A stretch of DNA of 62,754 nt from positions 1-62,754 of the IMG/VR virus record IMGVR_UViG_3300020472_000024; one strand, 5' to 3'. Both the position numbers and the translations under genes were made by a program. The notes beneath the pieces are model-generated. The model was given only the letters and a program-made list of their open reading frames with translations, ran no database searches and was not told the origin of the DNA. Origin of the DNA: a virus. Lineage: Duplodnaviria > Caudoviricetes. Of the stretch, positions 17,064 through 27,319 are shown piece after piece. Positions within the stretch are counted from its first letter, which is position 1, and each line of letters begins with the position of its first letter.

Positions 17064-17285
17064 TTATTTTACACTCCTCTTGTGACTCTCAATATTGTTT
17101 ACAAATACTCTTATCAACCTAGAAACATCTACCGTTTCCTCTTTTAATGTTTTAGGATGAACAAAAATAACTCTACTATCATTTACTTTTAATGATTTGT
17201 GTTCTACTTTATCATCAACTACAACAGCGCTGTCTGTATGCTTACGCCAATCGTGTGAAGAATAACCTAATACGTCAATACTCAT
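17064..17285 (-). CDS. hypothetical protein
   Basis: 73-aa ORF, coupled. Confidence 0.65.
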   Translation of the reverse strand: MSIDVLGYSSHDWRKHTDSAVVVDDKVEHKSLKVNDSRVIFVHPKTLKEETVDVSRLIRVFVNNIESHKRSVK

Positions 17286-17818
17286 TATTTACCTAATTTA
17301 CTTTCTGCTTCTAAATTCAAAGCAACATCAACATCTGATAGTTCTTTATCTGTCATTGTAATTTCTGATAAAACATTACCTTCTTTATCTCTTACAACAC
17401 CAGCATTCTTATCTTCTTCTTCAGGTGTCATTACTAATTTAATTTTAGTTAATTGATGTGGTTCGTTTTCATCTGCCCACGTATCAATGTGTATATCTTC
17501 TGCCTCCATTGCCTCTTCTAAAGTTTGATTGTAAGTATCAGTATCATATTTAACTTTACCGATATACTTTGATGTTTCGCAATCTGTATAGTTAGCGTCT
17601 ACCATATATGTTTCAACACCTTCGTTGGCGTCTGTTATATCTTTACCTATCTTACTATGGTTTATACCACCGTGATCTAAAAACTTTTGATCTGCCTCAT
17701 CTTTATCTTTTGCCAATACATCTTGTTCAACTTTAAGTGTATAGTATGTTGTCTTTCTGTATAGGTTTTTACCTACATCATCTTTAAATGTATATACATC
17801 TGTTTCTACTTTTGCCAT
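17285..17818 (-). CDS. acidic hypothetical protein
   Basis: 177-aa ORF with GGAGG RBS. Confidence 0.7.
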   Translation of the reverse strand: MAKVETDVYTFKDDVGKNLYRKTTYYTLKVEQDVLAKDKDEADQKFLDHGGINHSKIGKDITDANEGVETYMVDANYTDCETSKYIGKVKYDTDTYNQTLEEAMEAEDIHIDTWADENEPHQLTKIKLVMTPEEEDKNAGVVRDKEGNVLSEITMTDKELSDVDVALNLEAESKLGK

Positions 17819-17826
17819 TAGTCCTC

Positions 17827-18084
17827 CTATTTGTTTTCACTACTCATTAGCAATACGATATAGTGAATTGCTTTTAATAAATCTTTTCTGTTTCTACCGT
17901 TCTTCTTACCGAATCTAGCAAGATACTTAATAGCATTTGCCTGGCAGAAATCTTTATCAATACCTAAATGTCTTAACATATCTTGTACTTGAAAACCATC
18001 TTTTGTTGTACTATAATGTTCAGTATAGGTTGATTTAATATAATCTGATATTTCTTTAATTATTTTGTCTTCGTTATATTTCAC
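17827..18084 (-). CDS. DUF3310 / T7 gp1.7-like protein
   Basis: HY...FCQANAIKYLARFGKK....DLLKAIHY motif. Confidence 0.8.
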   Translation of the reverse strand: MKYNEDKIIKEISDYIKSTYTEHYSTTKDGFQVQDMLRHLGIDKDFCQANAIKYLARFGKKNGRNRKDLLKAIHYIVLLMSSENK

Positions 18085-18563
18085 TAGTTTACCTCTTTAT
18101 TATTATAATGTAAAACTTTTGATCTAGTTAATTTAGGATTAAAATCTTTTCTTAAAGATGATCTATCCCAACATTGACCGTAATCATTAAACATTCTTTT
18201 TTTATCTTTTTCAGAATCAACAACATTACCAAATACATCATAGTAAGAAGTATAATATTCTTTTTCTGTTTTAAATTCTATATTAGAAACATTAGTATAA
18301 TTAGTTGCCATATCTTTATAGTTCCAATCACAATATTTCAACATCTTCATTTTCATTTTTTCATTATCAAATTTTGATCTATACTTATTAGGTACATTTC
18401 TGTAAATAGTTTCATAAGCACCAAAAGTTTCACACTCATTTTCTGGATCTATATACTCTCTCATATAAACTACGTTGAAAGTACCACCGTTTACTTTATC
18501 ATACATAGGTTTACCTTCAAAGTAAATATCGTTAAGTTTCTTTTGATCTAATTTGTTATTCAT
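18084..18563 (-). CDS. hypothetical protein
   Basis: 159-aa ORF, coupled. Confidence 0.7.
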   Translation of the reverse strand: MNNKLDQKKLNDIYFEGKPMYDKVNGGTFNVVYMREYIDPENECETFGAYETIYRNVPNKYRSKFDNEKMKMKMLKYCDWNYKDMATNYTNVSNIEFKTEKEYYTSYYDVFGNVVDSEKDKKRMFNDYGQCWDRSSLRKDFNPKLTRSKVLHYNNKEVN

Positions 18564-18751
18564 TAAGCAGTCTCCATATCAATAACTTCGTCAACATTGT
18601 GTTCGTCAATACCTGTCATTGCAACATTCTCAACATTCATAATATCTGTTTTTGCTGTTTCTTTTGTAATTAAGTTTTGTTTAACTTGATTGATAATTTT
18701 ATCAACTGCTTTTTCGGCAGTATTTTCTGCCCATTGTTTTACTTTTGACAT
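18563..18751 (-). CDS. hypothetical early protein
   Basis: MSKVKQWAE start; first gene after an early promoter. Confidence 0.7.
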   Translation of the reverse strand: MSKVKQWAENTAEKAVDKIINQVKQNLITKETAKTDIMNVENVAMTGIDEHNVDEVIDMETA

Positions 18752-18798
18752 AGTGTATCCTTTGTGTTAGTGATTAATTGTTTTTTATTCATACTATT

Positions 18799-18826
18799 AT
18801 AATATCACAATGGCACGAAAAGTCAA
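18799..18826 (-). promoter_or_regulatory. sigma70-like early promoter
   Basis: gcTTGACT-16-TATTAT (TATAAT adjacent). Confidence 0.7.
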
Positions 18827-18872
18827 GCACTAAAAAGTGTTGATTTTACTAGGTTTTTTGAAGTATTAAAAA

Positions 18873-18887
18873 GAACAAAAGGAGAAC
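18873..18887. promoter_or_regulatory. alphaproteobacterial LexA (SOS)-box-like direct repeat GAAC-N7-GAAC
   Basis: GAACAAAAGGAGAAC, intergenic, 47 nt upstream of the -35 box. Confidence 0.6.
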
Positions 18888-18892
18888 ACCCT

Positions 18893-19612
18893 TTATTTCC
18901 AATGGTTTTTGACCCATTCTATCGCTTTTGGGTCATATGATTCGTGTGGATGTGGATTAGCGAGTTGGTTAGGATCAGGTTTTCCGTGAAATACTGCGAC
19001 TTTAGAACCTGGATATCGTTCAAAGGTAAACTTTGATTTTTGAAATCTAGGATTATCTCTATCATACCATTTAGCAGAAAAAGTCCATTCATCTGGAAAA
19101 CAATCAAATTTATCGGGTGTTTGTTTGATACATTGTGATATAACATTTTGGTCACCTTGTAGTTTTTGCAAAGTTTTCCTTTCTTTTAAAAAAGGTTCCC
19201 ATACACAAGGTGTCATTACATTATTATTAAATCTCATTATACTTGAATTAAATCCTTGTGTTGATCTATTAAAATCTCTCATCAATACAACTTGTTTATC
19301 TTTTGAGTGTGTAAAAAAACAATCTATATTTTCTAAAATTACTACATCTAAATCAAAGTATAAGCAATCACCTTCTAGGTTTGCTTCAGGACTAAACAAA
19401 GTAAGTTTATTCCACCAATGTTCATAATCGTGGAATGGTAATTTTCTTACTTCTATATTATCACCTTTCACTAATTTTTGCATTTTAGTGTGTTCAGTAT
19501 AAATGATAAATTTATGAGGTACGGTTAAATGTCTTTGTGTCATATTGTACAGAATATTCACATATTCTGTTTTATACTTGTTTCCCCAATATAAACAAAC
19601 TACATTATTCAT
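18893..19612 (-). CDS. glycosyltransferase (GT-A, GT8-like)
   Basis: WGNKY, WWNKL, YFDLDVVI, NSS, GDQ, FHGKPDP motifs. Confidence 0.85.
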   Translation of the reverse strand: MNNVVCLYWGNKYKTEYVNILYNMTQRHLTVPHKFIIYTEHTKMQKLVKGDNIEVRKLPFHDYEHWWNKLTLFSPEANLEGDCLYFDLDVVILENIDCFFTHSKDKQVVLMRDFNRSTQGFNSSIMRFNNNVMTPCVWEPFLKERKTLQKLQGDQNVISQCIKQTPDKFDCFPDEWTFSAKWYDRDNPRFQKSKFTFERYPGSKVAVFHGKPDPNQLANPHPHESYDPKAIEWVKNHWK

Positions 19613-20420
19613 TTTGATATTTTAGTGTTTCGTATGCTGTACCATCTGCCATTTCATCTAAAGTAAATTGATTTTCTGCAACAAACTTTAACCACTCTTC
19701 CATAGTCTTTCTACCTGGTTTTAATGGTTTTTCTATCTTACTAATATCTCTACTAGTTACAGGACCCATTACACTATTTGCTTCTGCGAATACAGGTACA
19801 TAGTTAAATAAAGCGTCAAAAGCAGATAGACTATAATTGGTTACTAATGCGTGGCAATCTTTTAAATCTTTTTTAATATCTTTATCCCACCACTCATTAC
19901 CTGGTCTAGGTTTATTTCTAAATCTAATCTCTCTATCTGTATGTTTTCTAATCTCTTGTTTTGCTATTTCTACCCACTCTTTTTGTGATATACCATTTAA
20001 ATGATATGTAACCATTTGTGAAGATGGACATAATAATATATGTTTACCTCTATCGTCAGCACGCCAACCTTTAAATTCTGCGTCTATACCTAATTTTATT
20101 AATTTCTCATATCTAGCAGGTGTATTAACTTTACCTAAATTAGTATGAAAACTACCTTTACATATTCTAAAGTAAGTTCTTTTTTCGTCTAGTATTTTAG
20201 GTTCAGGATATCTAGTAATCTGACTTGATATATAACCTGTATCTACAAACCAATATTCTTCTTTGTTTTCTACACACTTTCTAATCTCTCCTATATTTGC
20301 ACCTGCTAAACCCCAAAAAAAGTGTATAGGTTTATCTTCATCTTTCCAACCTTTTTTTATTGCTGGCCAAATCTGGTGAGATAGACATTTATCCCAATTT
20401 AATTTATGTGTTATAATCAT
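19605..20420 (-). CDS. GT-B-like (KpsS/KpsC capsule-synthesis-like) protein, paralog 1
   Basis: FVDTGY, ILLCP, EIRKHTDREIRFRNKP, HALVTNYSLSAFDAL. Confidence 0.6.
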   Translation of the reverse strand: MIITHKLNWDKCLSHQIWPAIKKGWKDEDKPIHFFWGLAGANIGEIRKCVENKEEYWFVDTGYISSQITRYPEPKILDEKRTYFRICKGSFHTNLGKVNTPARYEKLIKLGIDAEFKGWRADDRGKHILLCPSSQMVTYHLNGISQKEWVEIAKQEIRKHTDREIRFRNKPRPGNEWWDKDIKKDLKDCHALVTNYSLSAFDALFNYVPVFAEANSVMGPVTSRDISKIEKPLKPGRKTMEEWLKFVAENQFTLDEMADGTAYETLKYQNE

Positions 20421-21052
20421 TTTGGTGTATAAAGTAATTCTGACTTAACAGATAATACTTGTTTATAATTAATACTTTCAAAGTAATCTTCAATATCTTT
20501 CATTGTTATATTTTGTTTTACCATTACTTTCTTTTTTGCCTCTATGTGTATAAAAGGTTTACATTTCTCAATAAGTTTTCTAGCACCTATCAATGCCTCT
20601 ATTTCATAACCTTCTGCGTCTATCTTAATATAATCTATGTCTTCTAAATTAAAACTATCTAATGTTCTAATTTCTATATCTATATTACCTCTATCGCTAG
20701 CGTGTGTGTTACCTGTTAATTCAGGATCATAAAATACTAATACATTCTTTTGTTCTCTACCTAAACCATAAGGATATAATGTGTAATTAGTATTTGTAAT
20801 ATTCTTTACATAGCATTCTCTTACTTGTGGTATAGGATCAAAAGCATATGTATGATTAAAAACTTCAGTAAAATCTTTTGACCAAAAACCTATATGTGAA
20901 CCTATGTCTATACAATTCATTAAATTAGTTTTTTTACTTTTTATATAATTTAATATTGTTTCTCTATGAATAGTTTGATAACCACCATCTTTAATATAAT
21001 GTTCAAAATGCGTATCTGAATCTGGTAGATACCAACCTTTTACAAATTTCAT
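20417..21052 (-). CDS. FkbM-family methyltransferase
   Basis: IDIGSHIG, TLDSF, IKIDAEGYE motifs. Confidence 0.9.
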   Translation of the reverse strand: MKFVKGWYLPDSDTHFEHYIKDGGYQTIHRETILNYIKSKKTNLMNCIDIGSHIGFWSKDFTEVFNHTYAFDPIPQVRECYVKNITNTNYTLYPYGLGREQKNVLVFYDPELTGNTHASDRGNIDIEIRTLDSFNLEDIDYIKIDAEGYEIEALIGARKLIEKCKPFIHIEAKKKVMVKQNITMKDIEDYFESINYKQVLSVKSELLYTPK

Positions 21053-22080
21053 ATTTTTAACCACCTATCATTATTTAATGTCCATTGAACAACTTGATTA
21101 ATTCTTTCGTCAATACTTATTTCTGGTACCCAACCTAACTCTTTCATCAAGTTACCATCTAAAGCATAACGCAAATCGTGTCCTGGTCTACTAGTATGAA
21201 AGTCTACCATTTTATATTTGAGTTCTTTATTCTGTGCCCTAGCAATCTTTTGTGCTAGTTCTAAATTATCCCACTCAACAGGTCCTACTAAATTAAATTT
21301 AGGACACTTTGCCCCACCATAATCTTGTTCTAATTGATCTATCTTGTTTTGATTTTGTAATAAGAATAAACAACCATCTGCAACATCTTTAGCGTGTATG
21401 TAGTGTCTGCTACCTGGTACTTTCTTATCTCTATCACTATGAATAGTAACCATATTACCTTCTGCAACATTTTTAATAGTCATTGGTATAAATTTTTCAG
21501 GATGCTGTCTTTCACCAAACACGTTCATTGTGTGAGTAATATAAACTGGCATATCATATGTGTTTTGAAATGCTACTGCAAGTTCTTCACCACCTGCCTT
21601 TGTAGCACTATATGGATTTGTAGAATTATATCTATCTCTCTCTTTATAGTTAACACCTTTAGGTGCTGGACCAAACACTTCGTCTGTTGAGAAGTAAATA
21701 AATCTTTCTAAATTTTCTTGTTTTCTAGCAAAGTTTAATACATTACAAGTTGCTACTACATTATCTAAAACAAAACACATAGGGTCTTCTATTGATCTAT
21801 CTACGTGTGATGAGGCAGCCATATGTACTATGTAATCAAACTTACCTAAATCTGCTGTTAACATTTCGTTTACCTCTGCTCGTAAATCGTGGTAAACTAT
21901 TCTTACTCTCTTTTGTGTTTCTTTATCAAACTCATTCATCATATCTGCAATTCTATTTAAATTGCCAGAGTAATCTAGTCTGTCTAATGAAACTATTTCC
22001 CAATCTGTTTTTTGTAATAGATGTCTGATTGTATGATGTGCTATGAAACCTGCACCACCTGTTAATAATATTCTTTTCAT
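21049..22080 (-). CDS. rmlB: dTDP-glucose 4,6-dehydratase-like NAD-dependent epimerase/dehydratase
   Basis: TGGAGFI, HMAASSHVDRSI, STDEVFG, PYSATK, RPGHDLRYALD. Confidence 0.9.
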   Translation of the reverse strand: MKRILLTGGAGFIAHHTIRHLLQKTDWEIVSLDRLDYSGNLNRIADMMNEFDKETQKRVRIVYHDLRAEVNEMLTADLGKFDYIVHMAASSHVDRSIEDPMCFVLDNVVATCNVLNFARKQENLERFIYFSTDEVFGPAPKGVNYKERDRYNSTNPYSATKAGGEELAVAFQNTYDMPVYITHTMNVFGERQHPEKFIPMTIKNVAEGNMVTIHSDRDKKVPGSRHYIHAKDVADGCLFLLQNQNKIDQLEQDYGGAKCPKFNLVGPVEWDNLELAQKIARAQNKELKYKMVDFHTSRPGHDLRYALDGNLMKELGWVPEISIDERINQVVQWTLNNDRWLKI

Positions 22081-23085
22081 CTAAAATCCTGTTCTACCCA
22101 CTTTATTTTCTAAATCAATCCATCGTTTGCCAATAATTTCTGGCGTATGATAATCTCTTATATAATTTTGTCCTTCAATAATTTTTTTACTAATATCTGA
22201 CTTACGCATATTTATTAACATTTTAAAAGTGTTAGCAAATGCAACGTAATTAATTGATCTTGCAAATCCTACAAATTCAGCATATTTTCTAAACTGATTC
22301 CAAGTATCAACACCGTGATTTGTAATTACAGGTTTACCTGAATATAATGCGTCCATTATTCTATTAGGACTTTTACCTTTAATATGACTTATAGCACTCT
22401 TACTATTAATTACAATAGGTAAAAAAACTATATCTGCTTCTTTCATTAATTCATATTGTTTTTTAAGATCAAATTCATATATTTCCATTCTACCATTTAC
22501 AATTTGATCTGAATACATTTTTATGTATTTTTTACTTCTATCTATCATAGCAATTATTTTAAATTGTAATTCTGCTTCTGTAAATATTTTAATCAAGTCG
22601 TTCCACATAATCTTATCAAAATGTTTACTATTTCCAAAAGTAAATATATTAATATATCTTCTACTCTTTAAAGCAATTCTAGGTTCTTCTCTTATTGCTT
22701 CTACTGGATCCTCAATAATAATAGAATCTCTACCTACATATTTTCTAATTAATTCTTGCATACTCAAACAAGTGGTTACAATTGCATTTGCATTAGCACA
22801 TATAACATTGTGTGGTTTAATTACTCTATCAACCCAATCTGGTGATATTTGTTTTTTCCATTTATTATCGCATATATCATAAACACATTTTATACCTTGT
22901 TCTTTTAAATAAAATAAATCTTTAGGAGTTGATTTCTTTGCTAAAACAACAATGTCATCTTTAGTTGCTTCTTTTAAATTTCTAATTATACCATCTCCAG
23001 GTCTCATACCTTGTAAAGGTATCTTTGCTCTAAATCTATATGAGGCACGTTTACTATCATAACCAGGTACAAAAAACTTTATCAT
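22081..23085 (-). CDS. glycosyltransferase (GT-B)
   Basis: ASYRFRA, YDICD, ADIVFLP, KSPNR..DAL..GKPVI. Confidence 0.75.
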   Translation of the reverse strand: MIKFFVPGYDSKRASYRFRAKIPLQGMRPGDGIIRNLKEATKDDIVVLAKKSTPKDLFYLKEQGIKCVYDICDNKWKKQISPDWVDRVIKPHNVICANANAIVTTCLSMQELIRKYVGRDSIIIEDPVEAIREEPRIALKSRRYINIFTFGNSKHFDKIMWNDLIKIFTEAELQFKIIAMIDRSKKYIKMYSDQIVNGRMEIYEFDLKKQYELMKEADIVFLPIVINSKSAISHIKGKSPNRIMDALYSGKPVITNHGVDTWNQFRKYAEFVGFARSINYVAFANTFKMLINMRKSDISKKIIEGQNYIRDYHTPEIIGKRWIDLENKVGRTGF

Positions 23086-23930
23086 TTTAAAGGCATACCC
23101 TTTGCTAATATTTTATGATTTTTTTTATACATTAATTCAGTTCGTTGTTGTTGTTCACTAGGATAAACTAATTTAAATTTCTCTATACCCATTGCTTCAT
23201 ATTTCTTTAAATCAAAATAAAATTCACTCCAGTTTATATCATCATTATAAAAAGTTCGTTCTTGTCCTAAATGAATCAAACTACAAACAAACTTCTTTTT
23301 TAACAATAAATTGATTTTAGAAGTTGTACCATAACAAGTTTTACTAGGACAATTATAAGAGCATTCTATATTCATAAACAATCTAAGCATATCTTTTCTT
23401 TCAATACTTTCTATAAATTTTATATCATCATTACAATGAATAGGTAAAACAATTGTATCATATACACCTAATGCAACTTTCTTTTCATATTGTTCATTGG
23501 TTGTAATATCTTGTATGCAACTTGCCTCTATTTTATAATTAGGAAAATCGTTTTTAATCCATTCTGCTAACTTATCACTAAAGACTATAACTGCATTACC
23601 ATTTCTATTATATTCTTTTAATGCTGATTTACTTTCTTTATATGCTTCTTCCGTTGGTGTTTTATTTTGTAAAGTTAATTTAACACCAATTCCTTTATCG
23701 TACAACCATTTTACATTGTCTTTGCTTATCTCTGGATATAAAGCAGGTCTTCCTCCATATAATGGAATATATTCATCTACTTGTCCATACATACAATCCA
23801 CATCTTCATAATCAAATTCAAATTTAGAAAACTTTTTTGCTCGTTCTATATGTGTATCTAAATAAGGTCCTATAGGTCCGTGTGGAACCTTTGACCTAGC
23901 AGAGCAAGATATTTTACTTTTTAATTTCAT
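23082..23930 (-). CDS. peptidase U32-like (Fe-S) protein
   Basis: LYGGRP, ECSYNCP...CY...C cluster, FKLV; TIM-barrel-like pattern. Confidence 0.45.
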   Translation of the reverse strand: MKLKSKISCSARSKVPHGPIGPYLDTHIERAKKFSKFEFDYEDVDCMYGQVDEYIPLYGGRPALYPEISKDNVKWLYDKGIGVKLTLQNKTPTEEAYKESKSALKEYNRNGNAVIVFSDKLAEWIKNDFPNYKIEASCIQDITTNEQYEKKVALGVYDTIVLPIHCNDDIKFIESIERKDMLRLFMNIECSYNCPSKTCYGTTSKINLLLKKKFVCSLIHLGQERTFYNDDINWSEFYFDLKKYEAMGIEKFKLVYPSEQQQRTELMYKKNHKILAKGMPLK

Positions 23931-24810
23931 ATTTAAAATTGTTATATGTTTGATCGTGTTGTAATTGTTCTATTTGTTTTACTGCGTATCCACTTCTAAA
24001 TTCTTCCATTTGAAACTGACACGCTGAAAGATATAAACTATGTTCTCTTATCTTATCGTCATCTGCAAAATAAGGTTTATCTACATTCTTTAATTCTTTT
24101 TCTGATAAAAAACTAGCAGCATTTGGTCCTAATGTTATTGCTGGATAACCATCTTGTATTGCCTCAAAGGCAGCGATACTATTAAATGCTACTAAACAAT
24201 GTACCTTATCTTTAATTAATTGATCTTTTAAATTCTGACCTTTTTTAGTTCTTTCATCCCTATTAGGTTTCTGTCTAACAATAATTCTTTTATCAGTATA
24301 TTTTCTAATCTCTTTAGATACAAAATCAATATATTCTTCTTGTGTAAAATCTGTATGTCCATTTACGGTTAAACATCTTAATACTTTTGCTGATGGTGGT
24401 ATGATTAATATACTCTCACCGTTAATTGGTCGTTTAGGTTTATAACTATCATAATCAATCTTCATAATTTTACTAAATCTATTTTTAAGTAAACCTATGT
24501 CAGTTAAGAAATCTAATTGTGCATAATTTAAATGATCTAATGTTTGAAAATTATTTTTAGTAAATCTATGCCATATTTTTTTAGGATAACAACCCATATA
24601 TCCTGTATCAATATAATAAAAATCTATATTGTTATCTAAACATTGTTTAATTGTTGCTATACGAGTGATACCTCTAAAGACACGAGGAGATTTATCTGAT
24701 ACATCTATTGTATCATCTTTTAGATATTTAACATTTTTAGTATCTGATTTATAAATTGAATCTAAAAATTTATCTGTTTTTTTTCTAACTCTATCAACGC
24801 AAGTAACCAT
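23914..24810 (-). CDS. GT-B-like capsule-synthesis-like protein, paralog 2
   Basis: YIDTGY, ILIIPP, EIRKYTDKRIIVRQKP, HCLVAFNSIAAFEAI..GYP. Confidence 0.6.
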   Translation of the reverse strand: MVTCVDRVRKKTDKFLDSIYKSDTKNVKYLKDDTIDVSDKSPRVFRGITRIATIKQCLDNNIDFYYIDTGYMGCYPKKIWHRFTKNNFQTLDHLNYAQLDFLTDIGLLKNRFSKIMKIDYDSYKPKRPINGESILIIPPSAKVLRCLTVNGHTDFTQEEYIDFVSKEIRKYTDKRIIVRQKPNRDERTKKGQNLKDQLIKDKVHCLVAFNSIAAFEAIQDGYPAITLGPNAASFLSEKELKNVDKPYFADDDKIREHSLYLSACQFQMEEFRSGYAVKQIEQLQHDQTYNNFKYEIKK

Positions 24811-24811
24811 A

Positions 24812-25801
24812 TCATATCAAATTTTTAACTTTACCAAAATAATAACCACTTGATAAATCTTTTATATTATAATGAGTAGCAGCATAATTAGCAAACCACT
24901 TATCTCTCTTATCCTGTATACCAGGATTTTCAATGTCTTTTAAATCACCACTATTCATATCATAAAAGAAACAATTTTTAGATTTTACATATAGTGGTTT
25001 ACCTTCACATATTGCTGGTGTCGCTGAAGATGATGACCAAGTACATACAGCATAAGCATTCTTTATTACAGGTACAATGTCTGGATAATTACCATTTGCT
25101 TTTGATTGAATTGTTATGTCTTTTTTACCCATAATATAATTTGTTAATTTATCAAAATCTTTTTGTTGTGTACCTGATAATGCTCTATGAAATCTAACTA
25201 TAATAGGTCGTTTTGAATATCGTCTTATTTCTTCTATTGTTTCTATAGCATATTCTGTTGCATTTTTCTTTTCTGCTGAATAACCTTCTGTTCCTCTATT
25301 ACAAGTAATTAAAATATGTTCACCTTTACCATTATAAGGTTTTACTTCTATGTTCTTATGTTTTTTAATTTCTTCCCAACGATTCATTACACCTTCTATA
25401 AATTCTTTTTCAAAATATTTTGCACCTTGATTTGCGTATATACTAGAATAAGGTTGTCTTGTCCATCTTTTATTTGCTAAAGTCATTGCTTTTATTCTAG
25501 GTTTATCTAATTCAAATCCATCATATGATATTAATACATCTGAATCTAAAAAGAATATCTTACCAGTAGGTTCGTATTTGTCTATGATCTGTCTTCTATG
25601 ACTTGTATCACTTTGTTTTATATCACCTTTTACTTGATATGCAAAACACCAGGCGTATTCAGCGTCGGTTAATTTTCTATTAGTTATATAATACGACTTC
25701 CAATCTGTATGATGTTGAAGACCTTGATAAAATGCTTTCGGCCATAATTCTTTATATGAACCTAAAGCACAAGTATTGGCGTAAACAGCAATCTCTTTCA
25801 T
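24812..25801 (-). CDS. GT-B-like capsule-synthesis-like protein, paralog 3
   Basis: ILITC, EIRRYSKRPIIVRFH, AVCTWSSSSATPAICEGKP. Confidence 0.6.
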   Translation of the reverse strand: MKEIAVYANTCALGSYKELWPKAFYQGLQHHTDWKSYYITNRKLTDAEYAWCFAYQVKGDIKQSDTSHRRQIIDKYEPTGKIFFLDSDVLISYDGFELDKPRIKAMTLANKRWTRQPYSSIYANQGAKYFEKEFIEGVMNRWEEIKKHKNIEVKPYNGKGEHILITCNRGTEGYSAEKKNATEYAIETIEEIRRYSKRPIIVRFHRALSGTQQKDFDKLTNYIMGKKDITIQSKANGNYPDIVPVIKNAYAVCTWSSSSATPAICEGKPLYVKSKNCFFYDMNSGDLKDIENPGIQDKRDKWFANYAATHYNIKDLSSGYYFGKVKNLI

Positions 25802-26334
25802 TATGTAATATTATATTTCTTTTTCTTTGTTGGTTTTTTAGTTGTAAAATCTAAAGTAAAGTTTTTATATGGGTCCTCATAATATTGTGCAAATAATTCG
25901 TTCCACCATTCTTGTGGTCTTACCGTTGCGTGAGCATTCATACCATTAGGTAATGTTTTACCTGCCTCTTTAACTGCTGCTGTAGCAAATACATACTTGC
26001 CTGAATAATCAAATATCTCTTTTATTATTCTAGGTAAATCTGCCTCTGGTATGTGTTCTAATACATCAATACAAATTACTAAATCAAACTTACGACCTGC
26101 CTCTGGTTTCTTTTCAAATTTAGGTACTGCTGGATCATACTTGTAACTATTCCAACCATCAGGATGATGTTGTGCTTTACCACATCCATAATCTAGTATT
26201 GTATCTACATTATATTTTTCTATTATTTCTTTTATCTGTGGCATATATCTTTTTATCATATGACCTTTCCAGACTTTAGGATCCTGGTGCATTAACTTTG
26301 CCTGATCCAAATATATTTCGTATAAATTATCCAT
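25801..26334 (-). CDS. class I SAM-dependent methyltransferase
   Basis: ILDYGCGK, FDLVICIDVLEHIP. Confidence 0.9.
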   Translation of the reverse strand: MDNLYEIYLDQAKLMHQDPKVWKGHMIKRYMPQIKEIIEKYNVDTILDYGCGKAQHHPDGWNSYKYDPAVPKFEKKPEAGRKFDLVICIDVLEHIPEADLPRIIKEIFDYSGKYVFATAAVKEAGKTLPNGMNAHATVRPQEWWNELFAQYYEDPYKNFTLDFTTKKPTKKKKYNIT

Positions 26335-27005
26335 TACATATCCGTTCTTGTTGTTTCTTTAAATGTGTCAAACCATTCTTCGGAATAATCACAATGTTTG
26401 TAGTTCTTAAAGTATGGTCCACCTTCGGTGTAGTGTACTAATTTTGCATTAGGATTGTGTTCATATTCACCTACTAACCAATTCCATTCTTCGTCAACCT
26501 TACCTACTAATTCTTCATTTTCTAACCATTTAAATTGATGAAGTTCTAATCCTGTAGCACTATTTACATAATCTGGTGTAAGTGCTGTGCATTTAGCATT
26601 ATTAAATATCATCATACTAGACCAATTCTTTTTAGGGTAAGGTGTTTGTGGTTGATTTAAAAACTTAACCGTACTAGTTGGTGTATAATCGTGTTGTACA
26701 CATTGAACAGCATACTTTGTAGTTCTTTGTCGCCACAATGCTGATATATCTGACCGAGATAACATATCACAATCCATAAAGATTGCGTGTCCTGAATAGT
26801 TGCATAGATAAGGTACTAAAAATCTACTAAATGCAAATTCAGTTGATTGTATCTTTAATCTTTCTCTTACAAATACATCTTTTATATTTTGTAATCTTAT
26901 AGGCGTAATAGCAATAGGTTGTGTAGAGTGTTTAAGTAAACTATGACTCAATACACTAAATGCTACTTTTTCATTATCATCATATCCAATAAAAACTCTA
27001 ATCAT
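26334..27005 (-). CDS. glycosyltransferase (GT-A, GT8/CDI-like)
   Basis: VFIGYD, STEFAFSRFLVP, FMDCDM, KNWSS, HYTEGGP. Confidence 0.88.
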   Translation of the reverse strand: MIRVFIGYDDNEKVAFSVLSHSLLKHSTQPIAITPIRLQNIKDVFVRERLKIQSTEFAFSRFLVPYLCNYSGHAIFMDCDMLSRSDISALWRQRTTKYAVQCVQHDYTPTSTVKFLNQPQTPYPKKNWSSMMIFNNAKCTALTPDYVNSATGLELHQFKWLENEELVGKVDEEWNWLVGEYEHNPNAKLVHYTEGGPYFKNYKHCDYSEEWFDTFKETTRTDM

Positions 27006-27319
27006 TATTTACCTGCCAATTTATTAGGTGGTTGATATTCCCAACGAGGTGGATTGTTTCCACTTGGTGGGTGATCGTGGTATGAACCTGGTTTATATGT
27101 ACTTAAATCTGGCATAGGTGTATTACCTGTTTTACCTTCTTTAATTTCTTGTCTAGTCCACGATGGTTTTTTACTCTTATCTAAACTACCTACATTAAGA
27201 GGATAACCTGGTTCACATTTCTCAACCTTGCCACCTTTTTCTAAAAACTCTTTCATAAGTTTATCTCGTTCTTCTTGTGAAGATTTAGGTTTCTGATTTA
27301 GTTCGTAATCGTATGCCAT
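27005..27319 (-). CDS. hypothetical protein
   Basis: FLEKGGKVEKC motif. Confidence 0.65.
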   Translation of the reverse strand: MAYDYELNQKPKSSQEERDKLMKEFLEKGGKVEKCEPGYPLNVGSLDKSKKPSWTRQEIKEGKTGNTPMPDLSTYKPGSYHDHPPSGNNPPRWEYQPPNKLAGK

